From positions 12,400,001 through 12,464,000 of the forward strand of contig NC_043005.1 of the NCBI RefSeq assembly GCF_006345805.1: 64,000 bases of DNA, in the 5' to 3' direction. The stretch comes from Octopus sinensis. Lineage: Eukaryota. A program made the translations under genes and the position numbers. Positions 1 to 13,361 of this stretch are shown one piece after another. The notes beneath the pieces were generated by a model. That model made no database searches. It saw only the letters and a program-made list of their open reading frames with translations, and was not told where the DNA came from. The first letter of the stretch is position 1, and each line of letters starts with the position of its first letter.

Positions 1-1033
1 GACCATTTGAGGCACATAATGCTTTAAGAGTACAAAAAAGGAAACTCTGCAGCTGAAGCGACTCGACACACACTCAGTTTATGGGAAAGAATGATTGAAT
101 GAAAGAACTTGCAGAATATGGTTTGCAAAATTCAGAAGTGGAGATTTCAGCCTTGAAGATGAAAAATGAACAGGACGTCCAGCTGAGTATGATGATAAGC
201 TCCTTGAGGCATTACTTGAAGAAAATCCTGCATGATCAGTTGAAGAATTGTCAATAAAGCTTAGTTCAAATCATACAACTGTTCATCGTTATTTTCAACA
301 ACTTGGAAAGGTTTCTAAACTTGGAAAATGGGTCCGAAAGCAACCGCAAATCCCGAATTGACATCTACTCTTCTCTCCATTCTCGCGAACTCATTTCAGC
401 CTTTTTGGATAGACTTGTAGCTGGTGACGAGAAATGGATCTTCTATCGAAATGTTAAACGTCGTAAACAGTGGCTTGGTAAAAAGGAAAAAGCTCAACCA
501 CAACCGAGAAGAGAAAAAGTTTCTTCTCTCTATCTGATGGGATTGCAAAGAAGTAATTAACCTCGAATTGTTACCCTTAATACAACAATCAATGCTGAAG
601 ACTATTAGAGCGTTTGAACTAAGCTTTGAAGAAAAAAAGACCTGCTTTAGTGAATCGGAAAGGAGTGATGTTTCATCAGGACAATGCGCGTCCCAACACT
701 GCAATATCCAATATCACATCACAGAAGATCGAAGAGCTTGGCTGGGAAAAACTTCCTCATCCCCTTTATTCTTCCGACCTTGCTCCTTCAGACTACTATT
801 TGCTTCGTAGTTTACAGAATCATTTGGGGGGCATATATTTCGCAAACCAGGCGGTCGAAACTGACATTTCAGAGTTCTTCGCTTTGAAACCAAAAGAGTT
901 TTACATTGATGGGATTAAAAAGCTAGTAAATAGATGGAAGGAAACCATAGGTAATCAGGGAAAGTACATTAACATTTGATCACTTGTTTTCTTTATTCAA
1001 AATCCGGACAGATCTTATCAGATGGCCTGATAT
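1..1033 (+). mobile_element. Decayed mariner (DD34D) transposon, 5' end outside window
   Basis: Frameshifted transposase: N-terminal HTH (WFAKFRSGDFSLEDE..GRP), GDEKW, HQDNARP and HPLYSSDLAPSDYYL (YSPDLAPSD motif); stop at 979; TIR-like end ...ttatcagatggcctga followed by TA. Confidence 0.93.
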
Positions 1034-1899
1034 AATTCTACTATAAGGCTACAAACCACTGACTGGGAACACTGCTACTGCTTAGACGTGAGAATCAGTG
1101 GCTACAGATTGCAACTAACAGAGAGGACATTGAGTATTGTTTGCTGAAACGGATTAATTTTTTCCGTTACAATTTCAGGTATTAAGATTTCTGTAAACTC
1201 CATATCAGTATAAGTAAATTTTATGGAGGTCTCAGAAAAGTATACGAACTAATGGAGTATTAACTACTAGTGTGCTACAATGAGGCCTGCTGGTGCTAAT
1301 AAACTAATGGTTCAGTTTTCCTATTTGATTTTTTTCCAGTTTCAGCTTATGAGCTGTGGTCTGGAAACCAGTGTCTATTGGTATGTGTGGGGTAATATTC
1401 ATAGAAATTTGTCAAGAATTGTTCAAAATTATAAAATAACGTGCCTCATTTCTGGCAGTAGAAAAACAACAGGTTTTTTTATTATAGACAATACAGCCGG
1501 CTTTTGCAATACGTGCCGTTCTGTCACAGCAAAAACAATATTTCTGCAGTAGTTATGTAGGGAATGATCCAGAATATTTTGAGTGAAATCATTCTACGCT
1601 CCCGGGATCTCGGTATAAAACTTGATACGGAAGCAAGATTCTCAGTACCCGTAACTAGAAGGAATGTAATTGTTCAGTAAAAGTTTATTTAAGTCCTATG
1701 TAGCTCCTTGAGAGTTTTTCCGGTGAAATGAGAGTCGCTCTATAGAGCACTTTGGAAACACAGATTCCTCTCAATAGCAAGGTGATTTAACAGGCAGATT
1801 CTGGAGGTAAAGATGGTGCAGGTCTATGACTATCTCTGTTAAAACGTGCAATATTGAAAATTATAATGCCTTGGCAAGAATAACTCACATTAACCTTAT

Positions 1900-3600
1900 G
1901 CACTTTACGAAGCTTTTAATAATTGTAGGTGATTAGGATATGTTGAACAATTACGGGTTGAAAGTTTCCATTAATGTTCCTCGTGATATCTAAATTCAAT
2001 TTTTTTCTAGTATTAGTATCTGAACATCAAATGCTTGGACATGCTGTATTACGTCATTCACTAAATATAATGGATAATAGCACTTGATGTGTGCATCTTT
2101 ATATCTTTCAAGTTGCGTATCACCGGCATTTATATCGAACACAATTGTGCATATGCTATTGACTAAATTTAATGATACATACGTAGCCGTGTGCATCGGG
2201 TGACATGAGGTAAAAACTGGGTATTATTTATAATTTGCAGATTTGTATTATATGTCTATCTCAATTTGGTTGTTTAAAATTCATTCTGAAAATGGTAAAT
2301 TTGTTTTACTATATTCATTTTTTAATTGAGTATTATTATTTCATTAGCTATTATAAATTAATAAAATTCCTTTATGGTCTCAATCTAAAGAATTAAATAT
2401 TTGTTTAGAAATGTTCCCAGTTTTCTCTTATATATCAATAGAAACATTTTCCATATCTTTATAAAGATTTCTGTTGCATTTCTGTAATTGTATAAACTTG
2501 GACTATGTCCATCACCAACGACATTTCAGGTTTTTGTCAGTCGTAGTTGACATCTCACATAAAATAGTTATTTTGAGAATAAATCTTAATTCTTCAAATA
2601 TGAAATTTTTTACAGTCTCTTGCAATTTTGCTTCACTCTCCAAGGGCAATTCTGTTGCATTTCTTACATGTTCCTATCCAAGTTCACTACATTAGACGAT
2701 TCAACAATTTTCTTTTCAATGATAATTCTTAGAATGTGGTCCAACATATCTACATCGCCTTCTTAAAACATTAAATACCTTTTGGAAACGGTTTCTTTAA
2801 AATGTCTAAATATGTGGGTTCGCACATATTGAACCAGAGTTTATAGGTTTTAACTTCATAGCGTTTTGCGATAGAATATAAATGCATATAGATATCAATT
2901 TCTTAAATATGTCACTTACTTTGATTATTTCTATTTTTCTAAGACAAAGGACTCTATAATTACCTTTAAATGTAGTTAGGCAACCATATTCTTTAGTTGT
3001 CAATCATTTCGGTATATACCTATCAAACTTATACGATTTTTCAACGTCCTGTTGGTTATAGATTTACCTATTTTGTAGTCTATATTGACTTAAGATTTTT
3101 ATAGGATTCAACAGCCAAAAGATTAGCTGCACCTCCTTTAATAGGTTCTTTAACTGCCAATTCGCCAACAATTTTGAATTCAATTATATTTTCCCATAAA
3201 GTTTAACACAGTTCTTTATTTATATATATTATATTGATAATACAAAATATGTTCACAACATTTATTATTATTTCTACCTTTCGGTGAGGAATAATTGTCT
3301 TTGTTTCCAGCAAGTAATTCATCTTCGTTATTCTTCGAAATTAATTCTCCTGTGAGTCGTAATTTTCTAAAAAAAATTCTGAAACTTATCTTTAATTTAA
3401 TTTTAATTTGATCTCCCGGGTTTCAGGTAAATGTTTTATCTTTTTAGTAATATATTGATTTATGATATCATAACTATCTTTCTTTCTTTTATGTTTTTTG
3501 CTACATTTGTTATATTTTCTATATTTTGTTCGAACACAGGTCACTGTTCCCCTGGACAGGGCCTAAAAAGTGGTTATTTAAATTACAATTTCAATTGTTA
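1900..3600 (-). mobile_element. Possible highly decayed non-LTR retrotransposon remnant (gag-like ORF1 zinc knuckles)
   Basis: Minus-strand hand translation near 2800-2660 gives KPFPKGI*CFK / RCRYVGPHSKN..C...CSELG.EH, resembling the P.P.RCF.C..YGH...C..C..C...H knuckle array of LINE ORF1. Many stops; a weak xNING motif near 1980. Confidence 0.3.
3351..3550. repeat. Diverged ~200-bp direct repeat, copy 1 (copy 2 at 5034-5230)
   Basis: tgtgagtcgt...gaaacttatctttaatttaattttaatttgatctccc...acatttgttatattttctatattttgttcgaac occurs at both positions. Confidence 0.85.
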
Positions 3601-5033
3601 GTTTTGTGACTCCATTTATGTATTTTGGAATGCTATTTTGGGATATAATATTAAGTGTACTCAAGGTTTCCATGATTTTTGGACAAGATTCTAATCGTTT
3701 TCTTTGATGATTTCTTATTATTGGAGAAACACCGATGTTTCTGTCTTAAAAACAATTTCTTCTTGATGTAATTCTAATTTCACAGCTTCTATGCCTGTTT
3801 TGTAAACAAACATTTTACTTTGAAATAGCCTTTTGTTATATTCTTCTCAAAGACTATGTATTTTAACTTTATAGGATGGTTAGCGGTTTGTACATAGATT
3901 TTCAGATTTGTTATTTTTTCTTGCTTTTTTTGAAATAGGTTCTTAGAATTATGTTTCTGTCCGTATTTGGTTTCTCAATTATAGAACGTGTTATCATTTT
4001 TGGTTCTTCGAGGTTGAATGGAGTTCAGGTTTCCGGTTCCACAATTTGTTCCATAGTTTTGAAATATCCTCTAGAATTTCTCCATTTGCATATTTTCTGA
4101 GTTTAATATGCTATTTGTTTGCTTATGGTTTTAAATTCCTCTCACGCTCCCCGATGCTTTTATCTACTCTGGTCTACCCGTCTAAATATATATATATATA
4201 CATACATGCATACATACACATATATATATACACATATAAATATACATATATATATACATACACAATATATATATACATATACATACACACATATTTAAAT
4301 ACATGCATATGTATATGCACAAGAATATATATATGTGTCCCCATGTTCATATATTCATGAATACGTAGTCATAATTTCATAAATGAATACGTACCCTACC
4401 TGCATCTATATGTAAGCATCAAAATATTTATACTTATAAAATCGTTCATAAATATATACTGGTAGCTAAACAAGCAAATCTGTATATTTTACAAAGCAAA
4501 ATCATAGCAACGGTCAATACATCTATCATGACCAGAAATTCCATTGTTACTCAAGGGGAATAGATAGAGTTATAGAAACGTTCAATGGAGTCCCTAAATT
4601 GATGTATGCAAGTCTTGATTAGCTCTATTAGCAAGTCTTGATGCATGGAATTTTGATGCCCACAGTGAACCATCTCAACCGACAGAACATGAACACAATA
4701 CATTATTTATAACTTAGGTGCATTATCAAACTTTTCTCGATTTTCTGGCTTCCCCAATTTTAGATATTAAGGACATACATAGGTATGTTTGATGTTTACC
4801 TATTATACATCTGTATGTAGAGCTAAGTGTAGAGATATGACTGAGCAATCTACTGAACACTGACCGTCATCCGATCTATTGTAACCTTCCTAATTTGTGG
4901 TGTCAAATAAACATCTTCTGCATTTTCGTTCTAATTCTCTTTCTTTTCGATTCTTTTTTCAACTCCATCATCATACTTTTACAGATGATCTTACTTTCTC
5001 CAAACTTTTCCCCGTCTGCCTTTAAAACTTTAC

Positions 5034-5230
5034 TGTGAGTCGTTTTTCTAAAATAATTTCTGAAACTTATCTTTAATTTAATTTTAATTTGATCTCCCGA
5101 GTTTCAGGTTAATATTTTGTCTTTTTAGTAGTATATTGATTTATAATATCATTGATGTGTTGTTTTTTTTTTGGGGGGGGGGACATTTGTTATATTTTCT
5201 ATATTTTGTTCGAACGCATGTCGCTGTTCC
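5034..5230. repeat. Diverged ~200-bp direct repeat, copy 2
   Basis: Aligns by eye to 3351-3550. Confidence 0.85.
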
Positions 5231-5603
5231 ACATATTCTTGGTTTTTGCCATAGTCTCGTTGACAACGACTAAGAGAATAGTACCCTGCAAGAAGGAATT
5301 CCATCAAAACATATAAGACTATTTTCACAAAGTGAAAAGCTACGTAGGACGTCATATATATAATCGCTATATATATATAGAGCTGAAGTTGTCTGTGTAT
5401 GGCAGGTTTGATAGCCTTCAACTAACACTATCTCCTCCGAGACCCTGCGGCGCAAGTTGAGCAAAATTGAGGGTACAATAGAAGAAGGCGTGTTCTTCCT
5501 TCCGTAGAAAAAAAATTCAAATCGGACCATGTCAGCATCAAAAATTATTTACATCAAAAAGGTGCTTTTTTTTCTGAAGCAGCCGTGTAATAATTCTGAA
5601 ATA

Positions 5604-6590
5604 TTACACGGCTTCAGGGTGGTGATTATACCACTTGTCGGCAGTTTTGATATAACGCCGACTTATTAGCCAGTGTAGATATTGGCCAACTCTGTCATGT
5701 CTTAATTTATACTCCACTGGTGCTAAAACTTTACATCCAGAGATTAGGTGGTCCACTGTTTCAATCATGTCGTTGCAGAATCGGCATTTTGTGTCTGATC
5801 CATTTTTAATCACATTGGCCTGGTAGTTCCGGGTTAATAGGCTTTGATCTTGAGCAGTCAGGATGAAATCTTCGCTCTCTGCTTTTAGTCCTGAGCTCCG
5901 TAGCCACTGATGGGTTTGCTTCTGGTCAACATCAGCTTGTTTGCTGCGGGCCACATATTTGCCGTGCAGAGGTTTCTCCTCCCACTTATCAGCCAATTGC
6001 TCGTGCGCTTTTTTCGTTGCCATTATTTTCACCTTCTTTGCAATAATAGTTGCCGTACTTCCCTCGGGTTGTTAAGTTTGGGTATCCTGCACGAGATCAA
6101 TAGCAAATTTTTTGCTTTCCTTTATGATAGAATGAAGCTTCTTTCGTCTCTCATTTTTTTGCACGAGCTTTAGCATCTAGTCATTCGTTATTTCAAGATA
6201 TTTGGCCAGTCCAATTGTGGTTGTTTTGTAAGCTAGTTCAAATTGGATCAGGCCTCGACCTCCTTGGGCTCTGGGAAGGTAAAGGCGATCTACTTCTGCC
6301 TTTGGGTGGTGCATCCTATTACAACTCAGCAGCTTGCGTATTTTCCTATCTATATTCTTTACTTCACTCATATTCCAGTTCAACACATTGTAGCTATAAG
6401 TAACAACTGGAACTGCTAAGGAATTTATAGCTAACACCTTGTTACGTGCATTTAGTTCAGATTTCAGGACTGCACGAACTCTCCTATAACATTCTTTCCT
6501 GATCTTCTCTTTCATGCTTGCATGCTGAATACCAGCGCCTTCATTTATCCCTAAATATTTGTATGTTTGTTCTTGCTCAAGCTCTCAAGC
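5604..6590 (-). mobile_element. R4/Dong-like non-LTR retrotransposon fragment (RT thumb, CCHC knuckle, start of restriction-like endonuclease)
   Basis: ORFs 6177-6515 (NKVLAINSLAVP..DRLYLPRAQGGRGL) and 5604-6032 (KPLHGKY..CRFC..ETVDHLISGC..YKLRHDRV) are typical of RLE-clade elements; the 5'-truncated end abuts a (TAA)n tract. Confidence 0.85.
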
Positions 6591-6633
<43 letters not shown>

Positions 6634-6670
6634 TATTATTATTATTATTATTATTATTATCATTATTATT
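6591..6670. repeat. (ATT)n microsatellite
   Basis: Direct reading. Confidence 0.98.
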
Positions 6671-6671
6671 C

Positions 6672-6752
6672 AGGTCACTGCATGGAATCGAACTCGGAAT
6701 CTTGGGGTTATGGGGTTAGTAGTCTGAGCTCTTAACCACTAAGCCATATGCC
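6672..6752 (-). mobile_element. tRNA-derived SINE head / tRNA pseudogene
   Basis: Minus strand TGGCTTAGTGG (A box) ... GAGTTCGATTCC (B box), a short duplication (taacccca) 3' of the anticodon loop, followed by (AAT)n. Confidence 0.7.
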
Positions 6753-6842
6753 TGTGGCACTTAAAATGGATTCCTACAGGTAACATGGAAGAGACTTTAA
6801 ATGAACCTACACATACGCTTGCACACACACACACACACATAC

Positions 6843-6905
<63 letters not shown>

Positions 6906-7342
6906 CATGTATAAAAGCTTAAATCCAAGAGGTATAAGAAGTATATATGAATTTATTTAACCATTTGGCTTGCGTGGTCATCAATGCTCAGGCTTGGACT
7001 GCTTTCCAATCCACCAGCTTGGAAGTACCAAGAGAAAAGAACAAGAAACCCGCACAGGTATAGAGATGGAACTCAGCCAACAAAGAACCGGGACAAGATG
7101 GGCCAATATATAGCGGCGAAAAATGACTTGGTCGGACTTCTGATGGACCTAGGTACAGCGTATGAGATTTCTAAATACAAGTTGTCTACCTCTTTTTCCC
7201 ATGTTGACACACTTATGGAACAGGAGATAAACACCATCTTGTCCCTGGTCTCTTCACCATCTTCTCAAAATATATATATATTTCATTTTGGGATTTGGTT
7301 TGCAAGATTCTTTATATGAGAGTTCGTGTGTTGAAGCATATT

Positions 7343-7493
7343 CTGTTATGTCTGGGGAGAGTCATTTTCTTTTGTGCCTTATAATGTAACACACTCACCG
7401 GTAAAACAAAAATAAGAAATAAGTGGAAATTTTACCGGTGAATGTGTTACATTATAAGGCACAAAAAGAAAATGACTCTCCCAAGACACAACA

Positions 7494-7494
<1 letters not shown>
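7343..7494. repeat. Inverted repeat, ~64-bp arms with ~23-nt spacer
   Basis: ctgttatgtctggggagagtcattttcttttgtgccttataatgtaacacactcaccggtaaaa and its near-perfect reverse complement at 7430-7494. Confidence 0.92.
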
Positions 7495-7540
<46 letters not shown>

Positions 7541-7543
<3 letters not shown>

Positions 7544-7740
7544 AGAGTTTACGAAAAAAACAACAAAATACGAAGACAGGTGGTGTACAAAACAAACAGA
7601 TGTATTAGTATAACGCTCAGGAATAGAAAAAGTCTTTTTCGTTTCGAGCCAACGCTCTTCAACAGAATGGGACACAGAAAACAAGGAGAGAAAAAAATGA
7701 CAGAAAAAAATGTGTGTAGTGGCTAACGATCTATCATGGC
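7541..7740 (-). mobile_element. Short dispersed repeat with hammerhead-shaped motif (same family as 26590-26745)
   Basis: Minus strand ctgttgaa-gagc-gttg-gctc-gaaacg...cacctgtcttcgt matches the plus strand at 26621-26720; ends in (TA)n. Confidence 0.7.
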
Positions 7741-7747
7741 GTGTATG

Positions 7748-7807
<60 letters not shown>

Positions 7808-8646
7808 CTCGACTTAGCAATACTAATTATCAATGTGTCGCCTTGTGTATGAAATGTGTGAGAAATGCATCAGATCCGAGAGTAAACAATGTAGATTCAG
7901 ATGTTTGCAAAACGTGAAGAGTTCCCCGTTGGTTCTGTGTATAAATGCAACGAAAAATTTGATTTTATACGCCGGTGGTTTCCGGAATCTAATCGCTGGT
8001 ACAGTGGTTTGATAACGAATATATCTAAAGAGAGAATGGTTACATACACTGTAAAGGGAGTACTACACCGGATATATTCTGAATGCCACGTTACCTTACA
8101 ACAAGAGACGATGATAAAACGCACACACAGACAGACAGACAGACCCACACAATCCACACATATATATATATATATATATAACGCACGACTTGGGCGAGTG
8201 CTTTTTAACGTTTATTGTTGGCCTTTATGGTCTTCCCATTCTTTCGATTACACTGAGCTGATTTAATGTGCTTCAAACAATAACACCATGCAGCTAATAA
8301 GGTAACTGTGCCAGTACATAATAAAATATATCAATAAAGCTTTTCTGTGATTCAATATTTATTGATTATGGAGAGAAACATTACAAAGTCTCAGATATTA
8401 CATGGTTACTGATGTAAATGAAATGATAGAAATTTGTTGCAGTCTAACTTCAACACGAAAGAGATACAACACACACACACACACACATACACACACACAC
8501 ACATACACGTACGTTTCGTCTATCTATCAACATGTGTGTTTATGTATATATATATATATATATCTATATATATACACACACATACATATATATGCATGCA
8601 TGGGCATGTGTATGTATGTATGTATGTATGTATGTATGTATGTATG

Positions 8647-8680
<34 letters not shown>

Positions 8681-10134
8681 TGTATGTATGTATGTATGTG
8701 CGTGTGTGTCTGTGTTTTGTGTTTTTTTTTTGTTCTTTTCTTCTGGCGCTAAGTTGTTCTTCTTAAGAGAGTTCGAGCCGGTCGCTAACAAAGCGACAAG
8801 GCTTTTTGAGTTAAGAGAGTTTCGTGGTGTTAGTAACTATGTGGTAGAATTGGTGTTACTTGAGTTGTCGATTCATCTATTCATATAAAGAATCTCAGGT
8901 AGAAAATCTTGGAGATATATTAAAATCTCCCCTATGCTGCTCATAGTTTTGATTTGGAAATCCATGTAGGTTTCTTTTGCTCTTCTTTGAACAACCTAGT
9001 ATTTCTCGTTATTTCTGTCAATGCACTAATGCATCAAGGATGATAGTTACAAATAAGATTTTATAATCAGTGTACAAGATCTGTAATTCCCGCCTTAATT
9101 CACCGTAAATGTTCTCTTTTTCATGAACTTTGATGGTACATTTACATTTGCTGAGTGGTTGATCTCTACAGAGGGCATGTCTTTTGTTCCCTGTCCAACA
9201 AATCAATATCAGTTCTGTCACGTTTGAACAAATTGCTGTTTCATTGGCGTGTTCGAACAGTAATACTTGCTTTTAAAGGTTTTTTTTTGTTTGTTTATCA
9301 GGTATTTAGTTGCTACCTCCTGCATAGAGAAGGTATAAGCTTCAAATGGGTTGTAATGCATCTATCATAGGTCCAAAAGAGGCTTCTCTTCGTCTCAATG
9401 ATATTGTTCTCCTCTAGCTGCTCTTCCTGTCAATATTATAGTTTCCCTGTCACTTGCAGATATGTACACATTGCTTTTTGCTGGTATGAATCCTGCTTTG
9501 CCTCCAAGCTTCAGTTCAGGTAGGCCAGTATCGCATGAGATAGATGTGTTCTATAAGCACCTGCTCAGTACTTCTTCTCCAGCTGTGAAGAAGTTGTTAC
9601 TCTTGCTTTCGAGTACGCATGTAACACGCTTATTTCTTTCTTTACTGTTCCGCAGGTGTTGTCTGAGTGACACAATGAGACATTCAAAGTCTGTTTGGAC
9701 TAACCTTATGTTTCTACCACCATCACATCGTCTCACATAGATTCTATCAGTGTCGCTGTTGATGTGGAAGTTGCCAGTGGTGATCAGTACCTCTCCGCTT
9801 TTGATGTCAAGGTTGCCTATCTCATCAAGTGTCCAGTCCAATATTGCAAATGCCAATACTAACACTGACACTGCAAAAGCATTGTCAGATGTGGTCTTCG
9901 TCAATTTAAACGGCTCCGAGTTCCATATTTTCCCGGGTCTACAGCAGTAGAAGTGTTATTCTGGTTTTAGTCACTGCACCAACATATGCAACACTCGCAA
10001 CGATTCCGAGATACTTCTAGTTTTCATCATTAGAGATAGGGAAGATAGACAAGCCATTGATGTAAATATTCAATGTCTGGTCGACAATTTTTCCTCGGTT
10101 GACCATCGTGTATAATTCTTTAATCTTTCAATCG

Positions 10135-10532
10135 TTTACTTGTTTCAGTCATTTGACTGTGGCCATGCTGGAGCACCGCCTTTAATCGAGCAACTCGACC
10201 CCGGGACTTATTCTTTTTGTAAGCCCAGTACTTATTCTATCGGTCTCTTTTGCCGAACCGCTAAGTAACGGGGACGTAAACACACCAGCATCGGATGTCA
10301 AGCAATGCTAGGGGGACAAACACAGACACACAAACAAACACACATACATATATATATATACATATATACGACAGGTTTCTTTCAGTTTCCGTCTACCAAA
10401 TCCACTCACAAGGCATTGGTCGGCCCGGGGCTATAGCAGAAGACACTTGCCCAAGATGCCACGCAGTGGGACTGAACCCGTAACCATGTGGTTGGTTAGC
10501 AAGCTACTTACCACACAGCCACTCCTGCGCCT
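10135..10532 (-). mobile_element. tRNA-derived SINE family 1 (~400 bp)
   Basis: Reverse complement of aggcgcaggagtggctgtgtggtaag...gggttcagtccc...ggatttggtagacggaaactgaaagaa-(microsatellite)-...aaatgactgaaacaagtaaa; about ten copies in the window. Confidence 0.92.
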
Positions 10533-10660
10533 ATGAGCAGTTATCTTGCTCAAACTCCATTCCTGTGTCTCGTGCGCGTCTTGCGACTAGTTCTAATTGT
10601 CTCTTGATGTTTGTGTAACGTTAATTTTATTACTTTCTGTATATCTCAGCATGGAGATAT

Positions 10661-11077
10661 AGGCGTAGGAGTGGCTGTGTGGTAAGTAGCTTGCTTACGA
10701 ACAGCATTGTTCCGGGTTCAGTCCCACTGCGTGACACCTTGGGCAAGTGTCTTCTGCTATAGCCTCCGGCTGACCCAAGCCTTGTGAATGGATTTGGTAG
10801 ACGGAAACTGAAAGAAGCCTGTCGTATATATGTATATATATATATATGTTTGTGTGTGTGTGTGTGTCTGCGTTTGTCCCCCGCAACATCGCTTGACAAC
10901 CGATGCTGGTGTGTTTACGTCACCGTAACTTAACGGTTCGGCATAAGAGACCGATAGAATAAGTACTAGGCTTGGCTTACAAAGAATAAGTCCTGGGGTC
11001 GATTTGGTCGACTAAAGGTGGTGCTCCAGCATGGCCGCAGTCAAATGACTGAAACAAGTAAAAGAGAGTAAAGAGTA
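10661..11077 (+). mobile_element. SINE family 1, full length
   Basis: A/B-box head (TGGCTGTGTGG / GGTTCAGTCCC), central TA/TG tract, AAGAGTA-type tail. Confidence 0.92.
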
Positions 11078-11635
11078 TGCAGGCTTGGAACTTTTTAAAG
11101 AGAGTTTACAATGAGTTCACTACCGGTACAAACAACATTATAGATGAACTGACACCATTGAATACGCCTGTGAATTGCTTAACCGCGTGTGTAACAATAG
11201 ATGTTACTTTAGTCGTTGTCGATGATAACTGTTTGGACCATCAGATTTTCAATGACATCCGCTATAGTAGATGGTGCTTAGATAAGGTCTAGTGATTCTA
11301 TAATCCATGAGTGAACGAAAGAGTCGAGCGTATTCTTATAGTTTAGTCGTATTATTAAGAGATTACAGCGAGGCTGCTTGGCTTCTTTAAGCTGATTGGC
11401 TTCGTTGACGAGAATCTGTTCAGTACAGGCCCAGACCCCTTCTTTCCACCAACTTGTTCATCAGTTATCGCATCGTTTGTTTGGCGGTCGTCTTGGAGAA
11501 TTATATTCAAACAAACTCTGTACAGATTGTACGCAACATTTAAGCGTGCGATGGACCTAAAGCTTTTGCCCGAATGGATCTCTTTGTTTTGGGAGATAAG
11601 AATAGTCCGCACAATCATTAGCCAATGTATGTATG

Positions 11636-11925
11636 TCATTATTCAGTTTTATTTCAAGATTTCTTGCTAATAGAGAAAGAGTAGGTTTCTAACTTAGATT
11701 CAAGGTTCTTTCATTGGAATTTCAACATCAATAACAAGGTATTTTTGTATGTATGTATGTATGTATGTATGTATGTATGTATGTATGTATGTATGTATAT
11801 ATGTATTATGTGTGTATGTCAGTATTCAGTTTTATTTCAAGATTTCTTGCCAATAGAGAAAGAGTAGGTTTCTAACCTAGATTCTAGATTCTTTCATTGG
11901 AATTTCAACATCAATAACAATGTAT
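11636..11925. repeat. Tandem pair of ~105-bp units separated by (TATG)n
   Basis: attcagttttatttcaagatttcttgc...ggaatttcaacatcaataacaa at ~11641 and ~11824. Confidence 0.9.
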
Positions 11926-13271
11926 GTATGTATGTATTATGTATGTATGTATGAATGTATGTATTTTTGTGTGTATGTATATATGTATGTAGACCCGCTG
12001 GATCTAAACACTCATATAACTACTTTAAAATTTCCCAAAGATTAAATGCATTTTTGAAGGATTACATCGCAGATAATTTAGTGTGGTGTATTCAATAATG
12101 CTTTATTTCCTTTACTTTTTTTTACATTCCCATTTTTCTATTTACTTATTTTTGCAACTCTTTTACAACTCCTATTTTCCCAAACTCACCTCCTTTCTTT
12201 CTTGCTCTATTTCTTTCTATTTTTCGCACATTTTAATTTTGCCCCGTTAAAATTATATTAAAACCCAATTTGGGCATTGAGCAGTAAGTATTATTGAAGA
12301 TGAAAGTAAAACATTATGCCGAAGAGCAAACTCGTAATTATGCGGGCTTCGTCATCACTCAGGAGTAATATAATATTTTAGTAAATTTTCACCTGTGACG
12401 TCAAAACTAGAACGGCCTTTTACGCGTGCTGTTAATTACTACATCTCTATTTTAAACAGAAGCACTATTTAAACCTGAATACCCATCATGATGCAAGCAA
12501 CAACAAAAAAAAATATATTTCCCTGGGTCCCTGGGATTTTACCTACTAAATGTTCGAAATTTAGGAAACTTGTTTGGTCTTCTTCTGTTTTATATAATGG
12601 TTGCATAGTTTTATTTTAATTTTACTTAAAATCGTTCACAAGATTTTAAATTTTTCTTTGACTTTGTTACTAATCATTGTTATATAACGACGCTTGTAAT
12701 ACGATGAATGCACTCGTACAGTTTATTGTCAGTGCCTCAGAACATGTCGTGATCTCATTTATTCTTTAGCATAAAAGTCTCTAAGGTCTTTGAACATTTG
12801 CTTAAAATCACACAATCAATAAATGAGTCTGATTAAAAAATGTAAAAATTACATTTAGTGCCAAAAGGCATTCACAGGAAGTTTACTACGGGAAATCAAT
12901 CAAATTGTTTTCTCATTATCTAAAACATAGATTTGAGTTGGTAGCGCATAATCAAATGCATTTTTAAATCATTAAGTATATAGGAAAATTATGATCTGTT
13001 AGTTCAATTTTTAGATAGAAAAATCGGAAAACTACGTTGCCTGTATTATCACTATTGTCTTTATCATTAATTATATGCTTCTAATTCTCTCTCGCATGTA
13101 CGACACAACAATAGATAGAAAATTCTCCTCGTGAGAGATTTCTAATAAATTGATTTTTATTTGAAGAATTACAAACAGGTATCATTTTTTCTTTGTAAAT
13201 TATTTATATCTAATTCCTGATACACTTAAAAGATAACTGAATATAACTACTACTACTATTACTCCTCTTCC

Positions 13272-13302
<31 letters not shown>

Positions 13303-13315
13303 ACTACTACTACTA

Positions 13316-13361
<46 letters not shown>

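Larger units (their letters stand above)
8880..11630 (-). mobile_element. Second, older R4/Dong-like non-LTR retrotransposon split by two SINEs
   Basis: Colinear minus-strand motifs: FRSIARLN..EQVGG (11355-11639), NYKNTLDSFVHSWI, GVFNGVSSS (GIFQGDSLS-like), QLELV..DTGMEF (10540-10610), DRIYVRRCDGGR (9551-9904) and an RLE tail EKENIYGELRREL..IILDAL (9018-9221). Confidence 0.8.

Noticed and set aside
4550-4900. APE endonuclease-like words (NFDAHS, TDRHPI) on the plus strand
   Set aside because: Too short and degenerate to call.
6672-6752. Functional tRNA gene
   Set aside because: Duplication beside the anticodon arm, poor acceptor stem and an (AAT)n tail instead of a T-run terminator indicate a SINE head.
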